A stretch of 64,000 bases of DNA from an uncultured delta proteobacterium (GTDB lineage: Bacteria; Desulfobacterota; Binatia; Binatales; Binataceae): positions 3,040,001 through 3,104,000 of the forward strand of contig CAWEEQ010000004.1 of the NCBI GenBank assembly GCA_963808235.1. The letters run 5' to 3'. How positions within the stretch are numbered: position 1 is the stretch's first letter; the number at the start of each line of letters is the position of its first letter. Positions 52,454 to 62,228 of this stretch are shown in pieces. A program made the translations under genes and the position numbers. The notes beneath the pieces are model-generated. The model did no database searches. It saw only the letters and a list, made by a program, of their open reading frames with translations, and had not been told where the DNA came from.

Positions 52454-53197
52454 CTAATGCCGGCGCTCGGTCTGTTCGCTCGGCAGTGCCGCCTCAGCCA
52501 CGCGAGCGGGGATTAGAGGCTCCTCGGCACGAACGACTCCGTACAATGCCGACGCGATCGCCGCGCCGATTAGCGGCGCCACGATGAAGAGCCAAAGCTG
52601 GCTGAGCGCCCATCCTCCGACGAATACCGCCGGCCCAATACTCCGCGCCGGATTGACCGAAGTGTTGGTCACAGGAATTCCGACCAGGTGGATCAGCACG
52701 AGAACTATCCCGATAGGAATTCCCGCGAAGCCGACCGGCGCCTTAAGGTCGGTCGAGCCAAGCACCGTGAAGACAAGGAAAAACGTCAGCACCACCTCGG
52801 CGACGAATGCCGCCGTCACACCGTATCCGCCAGGCGAATGCGCTCCGAATCCGTTCGCTGCGAACCCTCCGACTGCGGGGTCATAGCCGGCGGCGGTGTC
52901 TTTGACGACGATCAGCAAAACCGCCGACGCGATCACGGCGCCGACGATCTGTGCGATTACATAGCCGGGCACGTCCTTTGATTCGAATTTGCCGCTGAGC
53001 AGCAGGCCGAAGGTAACCGCCGGATTTATGTGGCATCCGGAAATCGGTCCGATCGCATACGCCATCGCGAGCAGTGAGAATCCGAAGGCGAGCGCCACTC
53101 CACCGAAGCCAATCTTGCCGCCGGCCAGAACCGCGGCGCCGCATCCGCCAAAGACCAGCACGAAAGTCCCGATCGACTCGGCAATGTACCTCTTCAT
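52454..53197 (-). CDS. aqpZ: Aquaporin Z
   Basis: ISGCHINPAVT, NTSVNPARS, NGFGAHSPGGY. Confidence 0.95.
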   Translation of the reverse strand: MKRYIAESIGTFVLVFGGCGAAVLAGGKIGFGGVALAFGFSLLAMAYAIGPISGCHINPAVTFGLLLSGKFESKDVPGYVIAQIVGAVIASAVLLIVVKDTAAGYDPAVGGFAANGFGAHSPGGYGVTAAFVAEVVLTFFLVFTVLGSTDLKAPVGFAGIPIGIVLVLIHLVGIPVTNTSVNPARSIGPAVFVGGWALSQLWLFIVAPLIGAAIASALYGVVRAEEPLIPARVAEAALPSEQTERRH

Positions 53198-53249
53198 GAC
53201 GGCCCCTCCCCTGGCTAGTCGAAAAATTGTTTTCGGAAAACTTCAGCGC

Positions 53250-54224
53250 TCACGAATGCTTGAGCTTTTTGATCTCCTCAGCCATCTCGGGCACCGCCTT
53301 GAACAGGTCAGCGACGAGTCCATAGTCGGCGACCGCGAAAATCGGCGCCTCTTCGTCCTTGTTGATCGCGCAGATCACCTTCGAGTCTTTCATCCCCGCC
53401 AGATGCTGAATCGCGCCCGAGATTCCGACCGCGATATAGAGTTCCGGCGCAACCACCTTGCCGGTCTGTCCGACCTGCAAATCGTTGGGCACGAAGCCCG
53501 CATCCACGGCCGCGCGCGACGCCCCCATCGCAGCGCCCATCTCGTCGACCAGCGGCTCGAGCACGGTCTTGAAGTTCTCGCCGGATTTCAGGCCGCGTCC
53601 GCCGGAGACGATAATCCGCGCCTCGGTGAGTTGCGGGCGATCGCTCTTGGTCGCGTTGAACGAAACGAATTCCATCTTGAGCGCGGCCGCGTCGATTTCG
53701 GCATCCTGCTTTTCGACCGGAGCGGCAGCGGCCCCTGGCTTGGCGGCATCAAATGCGGTCCCGCGCACGGTGAGCACCTTGACAGGGCCATCGAGTTCGA
53801 CGGTCGCCATCGCATTGCCGGCGTACATCGGACGCACAAAGGTATGGTCGTCGTTGATTGACGTGATCTCGGAAGCCATCGGAGCGCCGAGTCGCGCGGC
53901 GAGCCGCGGAAACAGATCCTTGCCCATCGCGGTCGCAGTCGCGACTATGAATTCCGCATTTTCCTTCTTCGCGAGAGCGGCGAGCGCCTGCGCGTGCGCG
54001 TCGGCGAGATAATTCTTCAACCCGGGATGCGCCAGCGCGATCACTTTGGCCACTCCATACTTGGCGATCTCGGCCGCGGCAGCCTCGGGCGCATCGCTCG
54101 TAACAACCGCGATCGCGCTCGCACCACGCTTCTTCGCGAGGTCGAGCCCCGCGTGGATCGCGGTCAGCGTGGTCTTGGGGAAATGTCCCCCCTGATGCTC
54201 CGCGAAAATCAGAACGTTACCCAT
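53250..54224 (-). CDS. etfA: Electron transfer flavoprotein alpha subunit
   Basis: VSGGRG, ASRAAVDAG, QVGQTGK, GISGAIQHLAG. Confidence 0.96.
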   Translation of the reverse strand: MGNVLIFAEHQGGHFPKTTLTAIHAGLDLAKKRGASAIAVVTSDAPEAAAAEIAKYGVAKVIALAHPGLKNYLADAHAQALAALAKKENAEFIVATATAMGKDLFPRLAARLGAPMASEITSINDDHTFVRPMYAGNAMATVELDGPVKVLTVRGTAFDAAKPGAAAAPVEKQDAEIDAAALKMEFVSFNATKSDRPQLTEARIIVSGGRGLKSGENFKTVLEPLVDEMGAAMGASRAAVDAGFVPNDLQVGQTGKVVAPELYIAVGISGAIQHLAGMKDSKVICAINKDEEAPIFAVADYGLVADLFKAVPEMAEEIKKLKHS

Positions 54225-54257
54225 TGCATTCACTCCAGCTGAAGACAGCTCCTACCA

Positions 54258-55004
54258 TCAGATGACCTTCGCTTCCGTATGCAGCACCGCGACCAGCTCC
54301 TGCACCGACGCGACCTTGCGGCCGGCCTGGCGCTTGGGCGGTGCGGCGAGAGTTTTTATCTTCAACTTCGGTGCGAGATCGATTCCGAGGCTGTCGGCCG
54401 CGATCTCCTTCAGCTCTTTCTTGCGCGCCTTCATGATTCCCGGCAACGACGCGTAGCGCGGCTCGTTCAGTCGCAAGTCGGTGGTGATCACGGCGGGCAG
54501 CTTGAATGCGATCGTCTCCAGGCCGCCATCGATCTCGCGGGTGACCGAGGTCTTGTCGGCGCCGATTTCGACCTTCGACGCGAACGTCGCCTGCGGCCAT
54601 CCGAGCATCTCGGCGAGCATCTGTCCGACCTGGTTGGAGTCGTCGTCGATCGCCTGCTTGCCGAGGATGATCAGTTCGGGCTTTTCGTCGCCGGCTATTT
54701 TGGCCAAAATGCGCGCGATCGCGAGCGAGTCGAGCGCCGCGTCTGTCTTGATCAGGATTGCGCGGTCGGCACCCATCGCAAGGCCGGTGCGCAGTTGCTC
54801 CTGCCATGTGGACTGGCCGACCGTGACCAGCACAACTTCGCCGGTCTGCTTTTCCTTGATCCTGAGCGCTTCCTCGATCGCGATTTCGCAAAACGGGTTG
54901 ATTACCCACTTCACATTGTCGGTTGCGATACCCGAGCCGTCGGACATCACGCGGATAGTAGTCGCCGGGTCGGGGACACGTTTGATAGGTACTAGAATCT
55001 TCAA
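54258..55004 (-). CDS. etfB: Electron transfer flavoprotein beta subunit
   Basis: KRVPD, NPFCEIAIEEA, GKQAIDDD, NEPRY. Confidence 0.96.
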   Translation of the reverse strand: MKILVPIKRVPDPATTIRVMSDGSGIATDNVKWVINPFCEIAIEEALRIKEKQTGEVVLVTVGQSTWQEQLRTGLAMGADRAILIKTDAALDSLAIARILAKIAGDEKPELIILGKQAIDDDSNQVGQMLAEMLGWPQATFASKVEIGADKTSVTREIDGGLETIAFKLPAVITTDLRLNEPRYASLPGIMKARKKELKEIAADSLGIDLAPKLKIKTLAAPPKRQAGRKVASVQELVAVLHTEAKVI

Positions 55005-55179
55005 AGCCTTAAACTCCGCGCATTTGGTTCATATGTCGATGCGACGCGAATCTGATAACAGCGTAGTTGCTCGGGAATCGGGGCCGACAAACGCAAATTT
55101 ACTAACAACGGTCCGGCAACCAGTCAAACCTTACTAATGCCGATGCCGCCGCGCAAAGCCTCGCGCATCGCGGGTCGAT

Positions 55180-55962
55180 CTATTCGTTGTAGCCGAGGCG
55201 ATGAGAGAGTTCGCGGCCGGCGTCGAGCAGGGTTGGTGCGATCTCGGCGCTGATTCGTTCCGGGCCGATTCGGTAAGTCGGTCCCGCTACCGCTACCGAG
55301 CCGACCACCGAGCGGGTGTAGTCGCGAATCGGGACTGCGACCGAAGACACTTCTTCCATAAACTCGCCCGAATCCGACGCATACCCTTCCCGCGCGATTG
55401 CCTCGAGCTGCGCGAGCAAAGCGGCGCGATCGACGATCGTCCGATCGGTAAACCGGCGCAGTGTCTCAGGAATCGCCGACTTGAGCTGCTCCTCGGCGTC
55501 GAACGCGAGATGCGCCTTGCCGGCGGCGGTACAATGAAGCGGCAGCATGATTCCAATCGGCGGCGTGATTCGGACCGCGCGATCCTCGGCCTCCGCGGCC
55601 TCCAGCGGTACCACCCCGTCGCGCCGCACGATCGCGACATACGCACTCTCGCGGCATTTGCGCGCAAGATCGGCCAGGATCGGACGCGCTTGCCTCACCA
55701 GTCCCATATGATGAATGTATCTGCGTCCGAGATGCAGGCACTTGATGCCGAGCCGGTAGTTCTCGGTCGTTTTGTTTTGTTCGATATATCCGCGCGCTTC
55801 GAGCGTGGCGAGCAGGCGAAAGACGTTGTTCTTGTGTAGCTTGAGCCGTTTGGAAAGTTCGGTTACGCCGAGTTCATCGGTCTCGCCGAAGAATTGTTCG
55901 AGCACGTCGAGCGCATGCGCGACCGATTGGATGACGTAGTTTGTTTTGTCTCGTCGGACCAT
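55180..55962 (-). CDS. IclR family transcriptional regulator
   Basis: IQSVAHALDVLE, LHKNNVFRLLATL, PLHCTAAGK. Confidence 0.93.
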   Translation of the reverse strand: MVRRDKTNYVIQSVAHALDVLEQFFGETDELGVTELSKRLKLHKNNVFRLLATLEARGYIEQNKTTENYRLGIKCLHLGRRYIHHMGLVRQARPILADLARKCRESAYVAIVRRDGVVPLEAAEAEDRAVRITPPIGIMLPLHCTAAGKAHLAFDAEEQLKSAIPETLRRFTDRTIVDRAALLAQLEAIAREGYASDSGEFMEEVSSVAVPIRDYTRSVVGSVAVAGPTYRIGPERISAEIAPTLLDAGRELSHRLGYNE

Positions 55963-56114
55963 TGGTGATGCACTTTGGAAAACTGTTTTACTTTAAACGG
56001 CCCGCCCAAAGAGTGTCAACGCCGAGTCGAGATTTATCCAAAAATTATGCTAAGTGATTGAAAATAAAGAAGAAACCCGAGCCGTCGCCAAGGCCCCGGA
56101 AACACCGTTAAATC

Positions 56115-56756
56115 ATGAACAAGCAACTCCCCGCCGAGTTTTTCAGACGCGTCGATGACGCCGATGATGAGGTATTCTACTCGACCCCACGCCTCGTCGT
56201 TCATATCGATGACGGCGCGATAGCGAAAGTCGGCGAGATCTATGCCCGCTTCCTTCCGCAAGGGGGCGCGATTCTCGACTTGATGAGCAGCTGGCGGTCG
56301 CATCTCCCCGCGCATCTACGTCCGGCGCGAGTCGTCGGACTTGGGATGAATCGCACCGAGATGGAAGACAATCCGGCGCTGACCGAGATCGTTATCCACA
56401 ACCTCAACCGGATTCCGCGGCTTCCGCTCGCCGACGCCGACTTCGACGGCGCGGTGGTCACGGTTTCGGTTCAGTACATGACCGGGCCGATCGAAACGTT
56501 CGCGGAAGTCGCGCGGGTGCTGAAGCCAGGCGCGCCGTTTATCGTAACGTTCTCGAACCGGATGTTCCCGACCAAGGCGGTGGCGATCTGGCAAAACCTC
56601 GACGATTACGATCACGTAAAGCTGGTCGCGCGCTACTTTATGGAGAGCCAGCGGTTTGAGAATATAGAGTTTGTCGATAAGAGCGCGCCGACTACGCCGC
56701 CGTCGGATCCAATCTGGGCGGTGGTCGGGTACCGAACGCGCGAGGCAAGCAGTTGA
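56115..56756 (+). CDS. SAM-dependent methyltransferase (type 11-like)
   Basis: FYSTPRLVVHID, LDLMSSWRSH, FSNRMFPTKAV. Confidence 0.88.
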   Translation: MNKQLPAEFFRRVDDADDEVFYSTPRLVVHIDDGAIAKVGEIYARFLPQGGAILDLMSSWRSHLPAHLRPARVVGLGMNRTEMEDNPALTEIVIHNLNRIPRLPLADADFDGAVVTVSVQYMTGPIETFAEVARVLKPGAPFIVTFSNRMFPTKAVAIWQNLDDYDHVKLVARYFMESQRFENIEFVDKSAPTTPPSDPIWAVVGYRTREASS

Positions 56757-57151
56757 TCAAGAATCGCGGGATGCGTCATCTGGCGCTGAAAGTTTCCGAC
56801 CTCGAACGCGCACGCGACTTTTACGTCCGCGTATTCGGGATGAAGATCGTTTGGCAGCCCGACGCCGACAACGCGTATCTGAGCTCGGGCTCGGACAATC
56901 TGGCGTTGCATCGCGCACCCACGGCCGCAAATGAACCCGGGCAGCGGATCGACCACTTGGGATTCATCGTGGCGACGATCGCGGACGTAGAAGCATCATA
57001 TGAATGGGCGAAAAGCGCGGGGCTCGAGATCGTGCACGAGCTGAAGCATCATCGCGACGGTTCGGTGTCGTTCTACATTCGCGATCCCGACGGCAACATA
57101 ATCCAGGCGCTCTACGAACCGACAATCAGTCCGCTGACATTTGTTCGATAA
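56753..57151 (+). CDS. VOC family protein
   Basis: HLALKV, DHLGF, FYIRDPDGN. Confidence 0.9.
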   Translation: MIKNRGMRHLALKVSDLERARDFYVRVFGMKIVWQPDADNAYLSSGSDNLALHRAPTAANEPGQRIDHLGFIVATIADVEASYEWAKSAGLEIVHELKHHRDGSVSFYIRDPDGNIIQALYEPTISPLTFVR

Positions 57152-57193
57152 ACTACACAACCAATCACGCCCGATCTTGGATAGGAGAAAGCG

Positions 57194-58306
57194 ATGCTTA
57201 AAGGGCGCGCGACCGCTGAAGCCACCGCCAACTACGCAAAAAAGTTCCCCGCGCTGCCAGGGAATTTCCGTCCGGCGCTCGGAGTATCGGTGTCATCGAT
57301 TGGAATCGGCACCTACCTGGGCGATCCCAATGACAAAACCGATCGCGCCTACGAAGCTGCGATCAAGGCGGCGATCCGCGGCGGAATCAACCTGATCGAT
57401 ACCGCGGTGAATTATCGGTTTCAGCGCAGCGAGCGGAATATCGGCAAGGCAATCGGCGAGATGGTCGCGGCGGGCGAGTTGCGCCGCGAAGAAGTGATCG
57501 TCGCGACCAAGGGCGGCTACGTCACCTTCGACGGCACGGTACCTGCAGATCCGCGGGCGTGGTTCGCCGAGCATTTCATCAAAACCGGAATCGTCGCGCC
57601 CGGCGATCTCGTGGACGGATCGCATTGCATGACCCCGAAATACATCGGCGCGATGCTGGAATTGTCGCGCGCGAACCTCGGCCTCGAGACCATCGACATC
57701 TACTACGTTCACAATCCCGAGACCCAGCTCGAAGTCCTCGAGCGCAAGGAGTTTCTGGCGAGAATCTCGACGATTTTCGAGTTCCTCGAAAGCGCCGTCG
57801 CCGACAACAAGATTGGCGTGTATGGAACCGCCACGTGGAATGGTCTTCGTGCCGCCGACACCGAGCGCGGATGGCTGTCGCTCGACGAGTTGATCCGCGT
57901 GGCGCGCGAGGTCGGCGGCGACGGGCATCATTTTCGCGCGATACAGCTGCCCTACAACCTTGCGATGCCCGAGGCGGTGACGCGCTCGAATCAAATCGTG
58001 CAGGGCGGCAAGGCGACCGCTCTAAACGCGGCAAAACTGCTGGGACTTGCAGTTTCGGCCAGCGCGTCGCTATTGCAGGGACAGCTATCGCGCGGACTGC
58101 CGCCGATAGTCGCCAACGCGTTCGGGGGATTCGCAACCGATGCGCAACGATCGATTCAGTTCGTGCGCTCGACTCCGGGCGTGGACGTAGCGCTGGTCGG
58201 CATGAAGTCCGTCGAGCATGTGCGCGACACGCTCGAGACCGCGTCGAAGCCACCGGCCACCCTCGAAGAGTTGATGCGCCTGTTCAAGCAGGGCAACGAA
58301 CCTTAG
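57194..58306 (+). CDS. Aldo/keto reductase
   Basis: IGIGTY, IDTAVNY, VATKGG, IDIYYVHNP. Confidence 0.9.
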   Translation: MLKGRATAEATANYAKKFPALPGNFRPALGVSVSSIGIGTYLGDPNDKTDRAYEAAIKAAIRGGINLIDTAVNYRFQRSERNIGKAIGEMVAAGELRREEVIVATKGGYVTFDGTVPADPRAWFAEHFIKTGIVAPGDLVDGSHCMTPKYIGAMLELSRANLGLETIDIYYVHNPETQLEVLERKEFLARISTIFEFLESAVADNKIGVYGTATWNGLRAADTERGWLSLDELIRVAREVGGDGHHFRAIQLPYNLAMPEAVTRSNQIVQGGKATALNAAKLLGLAVSASASLLQGQLSRGLPPIVANAFGGFATDAQRSIQFVRSTPGVDVALVGMKSVEHVRDTLETASKPPATLEELMRLFKQGNEP

Positions 58307-58309
58307 CGA

Positions 58310-59122
58310 CTAGGGTTGAGCGCCGCGTCGTCCAAACAATCCGTCGATGCGAAACGAATATCCGATGCCGACGAAGTGATCGACTGAGCTGCTGTTGAGT
58401 CCGAAGCCCGCCTGAAAATCGACTTGTTGCGTGTTCGAGAACCGCCACTGGCCAGCTGTATCGAGCAGTTGAGTCGGCCTCTGATGATCGTAGGTTCCGC
58501 CGTAATCGATCGACATATTGGCGCTCTCACCCAAGTCCCTCACGACCGAAAAGGCGGTTCCCAGAGTGGGATTTCTTGTCGATTCGCTTGGAAACCAGCT
58601 CAGCGTAAACATCCCACCTACGTTCCAGCCCCTCCCAAGTTCGTAAGACCACGGACTCTGTATGTAAGGTTGGTAGCCGCGGCCCGAGACCTTGCTGGAA
58701 CCGCTCGGAAAACCAAGGCCCGCCGTCGCCGACATATCGATCCCGAACGGCACCGGAAGCTGACGCTTGAACGATACGACGACGTCGGTAAATCCCGACG
58801 CCTGAGGGCCGTTGATCGAGCCCGTGTAGCTGGGCACGTCGATCAGAAATTCGGTGCAGTGCGCGATGCCGAGGCGGAGCCTTGTGCTGCTCCCGCCGAG
58901 AAGATTCGACCCACTGTTAACCGCCCAGTCGATGCCGTTCTCGGCCTGGAAACTTCCGTAGGGGACAACAACGCTGGAATTTGTAGTGCCTGGGCGATCA
59001 GTGCTGATTGAGTCGGCGCTGGTCGGACAGGCCTCGTCCGCCAGAGCCCGTGCGGCACCGGTTAGTATTGCAAGACCAACAAGCGCGGCGACGCAAACAA
59101 ATGCTGGGGTTCTGAATATCAA
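58310..59122 (-). CDS. Outer-membrane channel, Phenol_MetA_deg/SphA-like
   Basis: Signal peptide, ISTDRP, alternating beta-strands, GIGYSFR near the C-terminus. Confidence 0.8.
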   Translation of the reverse strand: MIFRTPAFVCVAALVGLAILTGAARALADEACPTSADSISTDRPGTTNSSVVVPYGSFQAENGIDWAVNSGSNLLGGSSTRLRLGIAHCTEFLIDVPSYTGSINGPQASGFTDVVVSFKRQLPVPFGIDMSATAGLGFPSGSSKVSGRGYQPYIQSPWSYELGRGWNVGGMFTLSWFPSESTRNPTLGTAFSVVRDLGESANMSIDYGGTYDHQRPTQLLDTAGQWRFSNTQQVDFQAGFGLNSSSVDHFVGIGYSFRIDGLFGRRGAQP

Positions 59123-59571
59123 GGAGCGTCAGCGTACCACACATAGTAGGTCAAGACTCCCGTGACTATAACCACCCACCACAATACCAGTTCGATGCGC
59201 ATCCACAGCTTCCAGCGGCTGATGCGTATCCGATGTGGCAAGATATCTGTTCCGGCCGCCAGCACGATGTAGAGCCCGAGCAGCTCGGCCACGGCGCCGA
59301 GAGCACCGTGGGCGGTTGCTGCGCCGTAGTAGCGGTCCTTCAGGTGCTTCGGGAGCGCCGGCATCACCTGACCATAAAAGGACGGCCACATCACAAAGGC
59401 GATCGTTATCAAATTCAGAAGCAACACCGCGGCCTGACAGATACCGTGCTCGGTATATCGCTTTGCGCGTGCCAGTGAGGCACCGGCGATCAGCGCGACT
59501 CCCATGGCCAATTGGGACGCGAGATTCAGATTCGCCTTGAACCCAGCCCCCGTGCCGAGAGCCTCGCTCAT
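59119..59571 (-). CDS. DUF420-like membrane protein
   Basis: Four TMs with conserved His (YTEHG, TAHG); GVLTYY. Confidence 0.7.
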   Translation of the reverse strand: MSEALGTGAGFKANLNLASQLAMGVALIAGASLARAKRYTEHGICQAAVLLLNLITIAFVMWPSFYGQVMPALPKHLKDRYYGAATAHGALGAVAELLGLYIVLAAGTDILPHRIRISRWKLWMRIELVLWWVVIVTGVLTYYVWYADAP

Positions 59572-60116
59572 GACGGTCCGGGGACATGCGAAGAAACGGT
59601 TGCGCTCGGCATTCCTACGCCATGTTCGTAGACGAGTTCGCCGCCGGTCTTGCCCTGGTAAAGAAGCGCGCCCGCCGCGACGATCGCCACAATCAGGAAA
59701 GCGATTCGGGTGCGTTCAACGCGCCTGGATAACTCAAGCCCAACTCGCCACGCGGCAAGAATCAGAAACGCGTACATGAGGTACTGTCCGAGAACCGCGT
59801 GCGACAGATAATCATGAGCGCCGTTCGACGAAGCGAGTATCTGCTGCGCGGCAGGCGACATGGTGTCCCAGAGCCGATCGGCTTCCGCATCGCCGGTGAG
59901 GTATGAGAGGGCGCTGGCGACCGCTCCGCCGATCATCAAGAGTAGCGAAGTGCTCCGTAACTTCTGGCTCCAAACCGTTATGAAAGCCGCATGATTACGA
60001 AAGAGCAGGATCGCCGCGGCAAGGATTTCCGCGGCGATCCCGACAGTCAGCAACGCGATCGTGAAGTGATCGACGATTGGATGCAGATGATACGCGCTGA
60101 CCAGGTGAGCAAACAT
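59568..60116 (-). CDS. DUF2231 membrane protein
   Basis: HLHPIVDHFTIAL, GGELVYEHGVG. Confidence 0.85.
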   Translation of the reverse strand: MFAHLVSAYHLHPIVDHFTIALLTVGIAAEILAAAILLFRNHAAFITVWSQKLRSTSLLLMIGGAVASALSYLTGDAEADRLWDTMSPAAQQILASSNGAHDYLSHAVLGQYLMYAFLILAAWRVGLELSRRVERTRIAFLIVAIVAAGALLYQGKTGGELVYEHGVGMPSATVSSHVPGPS

Positions 60117-60121
60117 CCAAC

Positions 60122-60514
60122 TTACTCGACGACGGAAACCTTCATCTTCATGTTGCCGTGGCCGGTGCCGCAGTAATGGTCGCAGATGACCGTGAAGTCG
60201 CCGGCAGTGTCCGGCGTCACCGCGACGTCGGTGGTCTTGCCGTCAGCGATATCGGTATCGATCTTGAGCGGTTTCGACATGAAGCCGTGCACGCGATCGG
60301 CGCTCGTCAGCCGCAAGATTACGGGCTCGCCCTTCTTGAGCGTGATCTCGCTCGGCGAGAACTCGAATTTCTTCGCGGAGATCTCGATCACTTTCGGATT
60401 GACGTCGGCGCGAGCTGTACTGGTCCTCGATCCGACCGCGGCAATCGCGATTCCGCACGCGCCCGCGAAAAGCATCGAAATGACAATCTTGTTTTTGAAC
60501 ATTGTGGTTTTCAT
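60122..60514 (-). CDS. Secreted cupredoxin (CuA-like ligand motif)
   Basis: DRVHGF and CDHYCGTGHGNM (H...CxxxCxxxHxxM). Confidence 0.9.
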   Translation of the reverse strand: MKTTMFKNKIVISMLFAGACGIAIAAVGSRTSTARADVNPKVIEISAKKFEFSPSEITLKKGEPVILRLTSADRVHGFMSKPLKIDTDIADGKTTDVAVTPDTAGDFTVICDHYCGTGHGNMKMKVSVVE

Positions 60515-60545
60515 TGATGGGTTCCGTCTCCGATTCCGTGTTTGA

Positions 60546-61547
60546 TTACTCGTCCTTTGCGTCTGAGCTTCCGTGTTTGAGCATCTGATCCATTCCGACC
60601 GTGCCCGAGAATTCGGCCGTCGCGAGTTCCACTTCCTCGATCTGCAAATCGCTGCCGTCGGCCTGGCCGTTGATGCGCCTGAGGCCCAGGTTCTTGAACG
60701 GCTGCGCCTTGTCGAATGGCGCCGGCTTCTTCACTGGCGTCGCCGCGGGGTCGGGAAAAGCGAAAATCAGCGACCGCGCCGCGTACATTTTCGTGGTGCC
60801 GGCCTGGTGAAAATTCTCGCGATGGATATGGCCGTAGAGCACGGTCACGTTTTCATACGGGGCGAGCGCGTTCATCACGTCGTCGCCGTCGCTGGTGAAC
60901 CATTCCCATTCCGGCTTGAGGTCGAACAGCGGACGATGCGTGAACACGATGATCGGCGCGGTCTTCGGAAAGCGCGCGAGATCGTTCTTCATCCAGGCGA
61001 GCTGCTCCGCACCAACCTCGGGTCGTCCGCGAGAAACGTTGTCGAGCGCGACGAAATGAACGCCACGATGATCGAACGAATAGTGCGTCGGACCCATGTG
61101 CTCGCGGAACATGACCCCGCCGTCGAGCGCGGCGTCATTTTCGCCGGGCACAACTTTGATCTGCGCGCCGCCAATCCTGCTCGAGATCGCTTTGAAGAGC
61201 TTGAAGCGCTTGGCGTGCTCGTCGGGCGAGTCCGCGTCATGCGTGAGGTCGCCGGTAACAATCACCAGGTCCGGCCGCTTCTTGAGCCCGTTGATCGTCG
61301 CCACGGCGCTCTCGAACGCCTTGGTGCCGAGCGGATCAGGCGGCCCGTTGAATCCGACATGGGTGTCGCTCAATTGAATGAAAGAGAATGGAGCGGGAGC
61401 CTCGCCGTTGAGCTCGGCCAGCGTGCGCACGATGCCTTCGGCGCCGGCGCTGCGTGTCAGCGCGGGGAAAACACTGTAGAGTGCTCCGATACTGAGCGAC
61501 CTGCCCGCCACGCGCAGGAACGATCGACGATCAAATTGGGGTTTCAT
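60546..61547 (-). CDS. Tat-exported calcineurin-like metallophosphoesterase
   Basis: DRRSFL Tat motif; DTH, GDLT, PGEND, HRP, GHIH. Confidence 0.9.
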   Translation of the reverse strand: MKPQFDRRSFLRVAGRSLSIGALYSVFPALTRSAGAEGIVRTLAELNGEAPAPFSFIQLSDTHVGFNGPPDPLGTKAFESAVATINGLKKRPDLVIVTGDLTHDADSPDEHAKRFKLFKAISSRIGGAQIKVVPGENDAALDGGVMFREHMGPTHYSFDHRGVHFVALDNVSRGRPEVGAEQLAWMKNDLARFPKTAPIIVFTHRPLFDLKPEWEWFTSDGDDVMNALAPYENVTVLYGHIHRENFHQAGTTKMYAARSLIFAFPDPAATPVKKPAPFDKAQPFKNLGLRRINGQADGSDLQIEEVELATAEFSGTVGMDQMLKHGSSDAKDE

Positions 61548-61584
61548 CAAAATCACCTCGCGCTGATGAGCGCTTTCACGGGGG

Positions 61585-61663
61585 TAGACTCCGTACTGAG
61601 ATGGAAATTCCCCCGATTGAGACGATTTGGCTGTAGGGAATAAAATCAACCGGCTCGCAGTCT
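61585..61663. promoter_or_regulatory. Divergent ECF sigma promoters
   Basis: Minus strand GGAAT (61611-07)-N17-GTCTA (61589-85); plus strand GGAAT (61637-41)-N18-GTCT (61660-63). Confidence 0.6.
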
Positions 61664-61699
61664 GGAACTAAACGAGGAAAGCGAGCGAAAGAGACGCGA

Positions 61700-62227
61700 T
61701 TGCCGGACTCATCTAAAGACGTCGATTTCGAGCAGAAATTCCTCCCCCATATGGACGCTGCGTATAACCTCGCGCGATGGCTGGTGCGTGACGACCACGA
61801 CGCCCAAGACGTCGTGCAGGAGGCCTACGTCCGCGCGTTCAGGTTCGCGAGCGGATTCCGCGGCGGCGATCCACGCGCGTGGATCCTCGCGATCGTGCGC
61901 AACTCCGCTTTCACCTGGCTGAAGCGAAATCGCGGTGCCAATGCACCCGTCGAATTTGACGAGAGCCAGCATCGCGGTGAGATCGAGGACGCCGGCCTCG
62001 AGTCCGACGCGGTCCGCAAGGCCGACGGCGCGATGATTCGCGAATGCCTGAACGAGCTCAGCGAGGAGTTTCGCGAGGTAATCGTGATGCGGGATATAGA
62101 AGGTCTCTCCTACAAGGAAATCGCCGCCGCCGCCGACATGCCCATTGGCACCGTGATGTCGCGGCTCGCGCGCGCCCGCAGCAAGCTCGCGCGATCGCTC
62201 AAAGAGCGCATCGCCAAGGAGTCCTGA
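61700..62227 (+). CDS. ECF sigma factor
   Basis: AYNLARWL, DAQDVVQEA, LSYKEIA, GTVMSRLARAR. Confidence 0.93.
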   Translation: MPDSSKDVDFEQKFLPHMDAAYNLARWLVRDDHDAQDVVQEAYVRAFRFASGFRGGDPRAWILAIVRNSAFTWLKRNRGANAPVEFDESQHRGEIEDAGLESDAVRKADGAMIRECLNELSEEFREVIVMRDIEGLSYKEIAAAADMPIGTVMSRLARARSKLARSLKERIAKES

Positions 62228-62228
62228 G

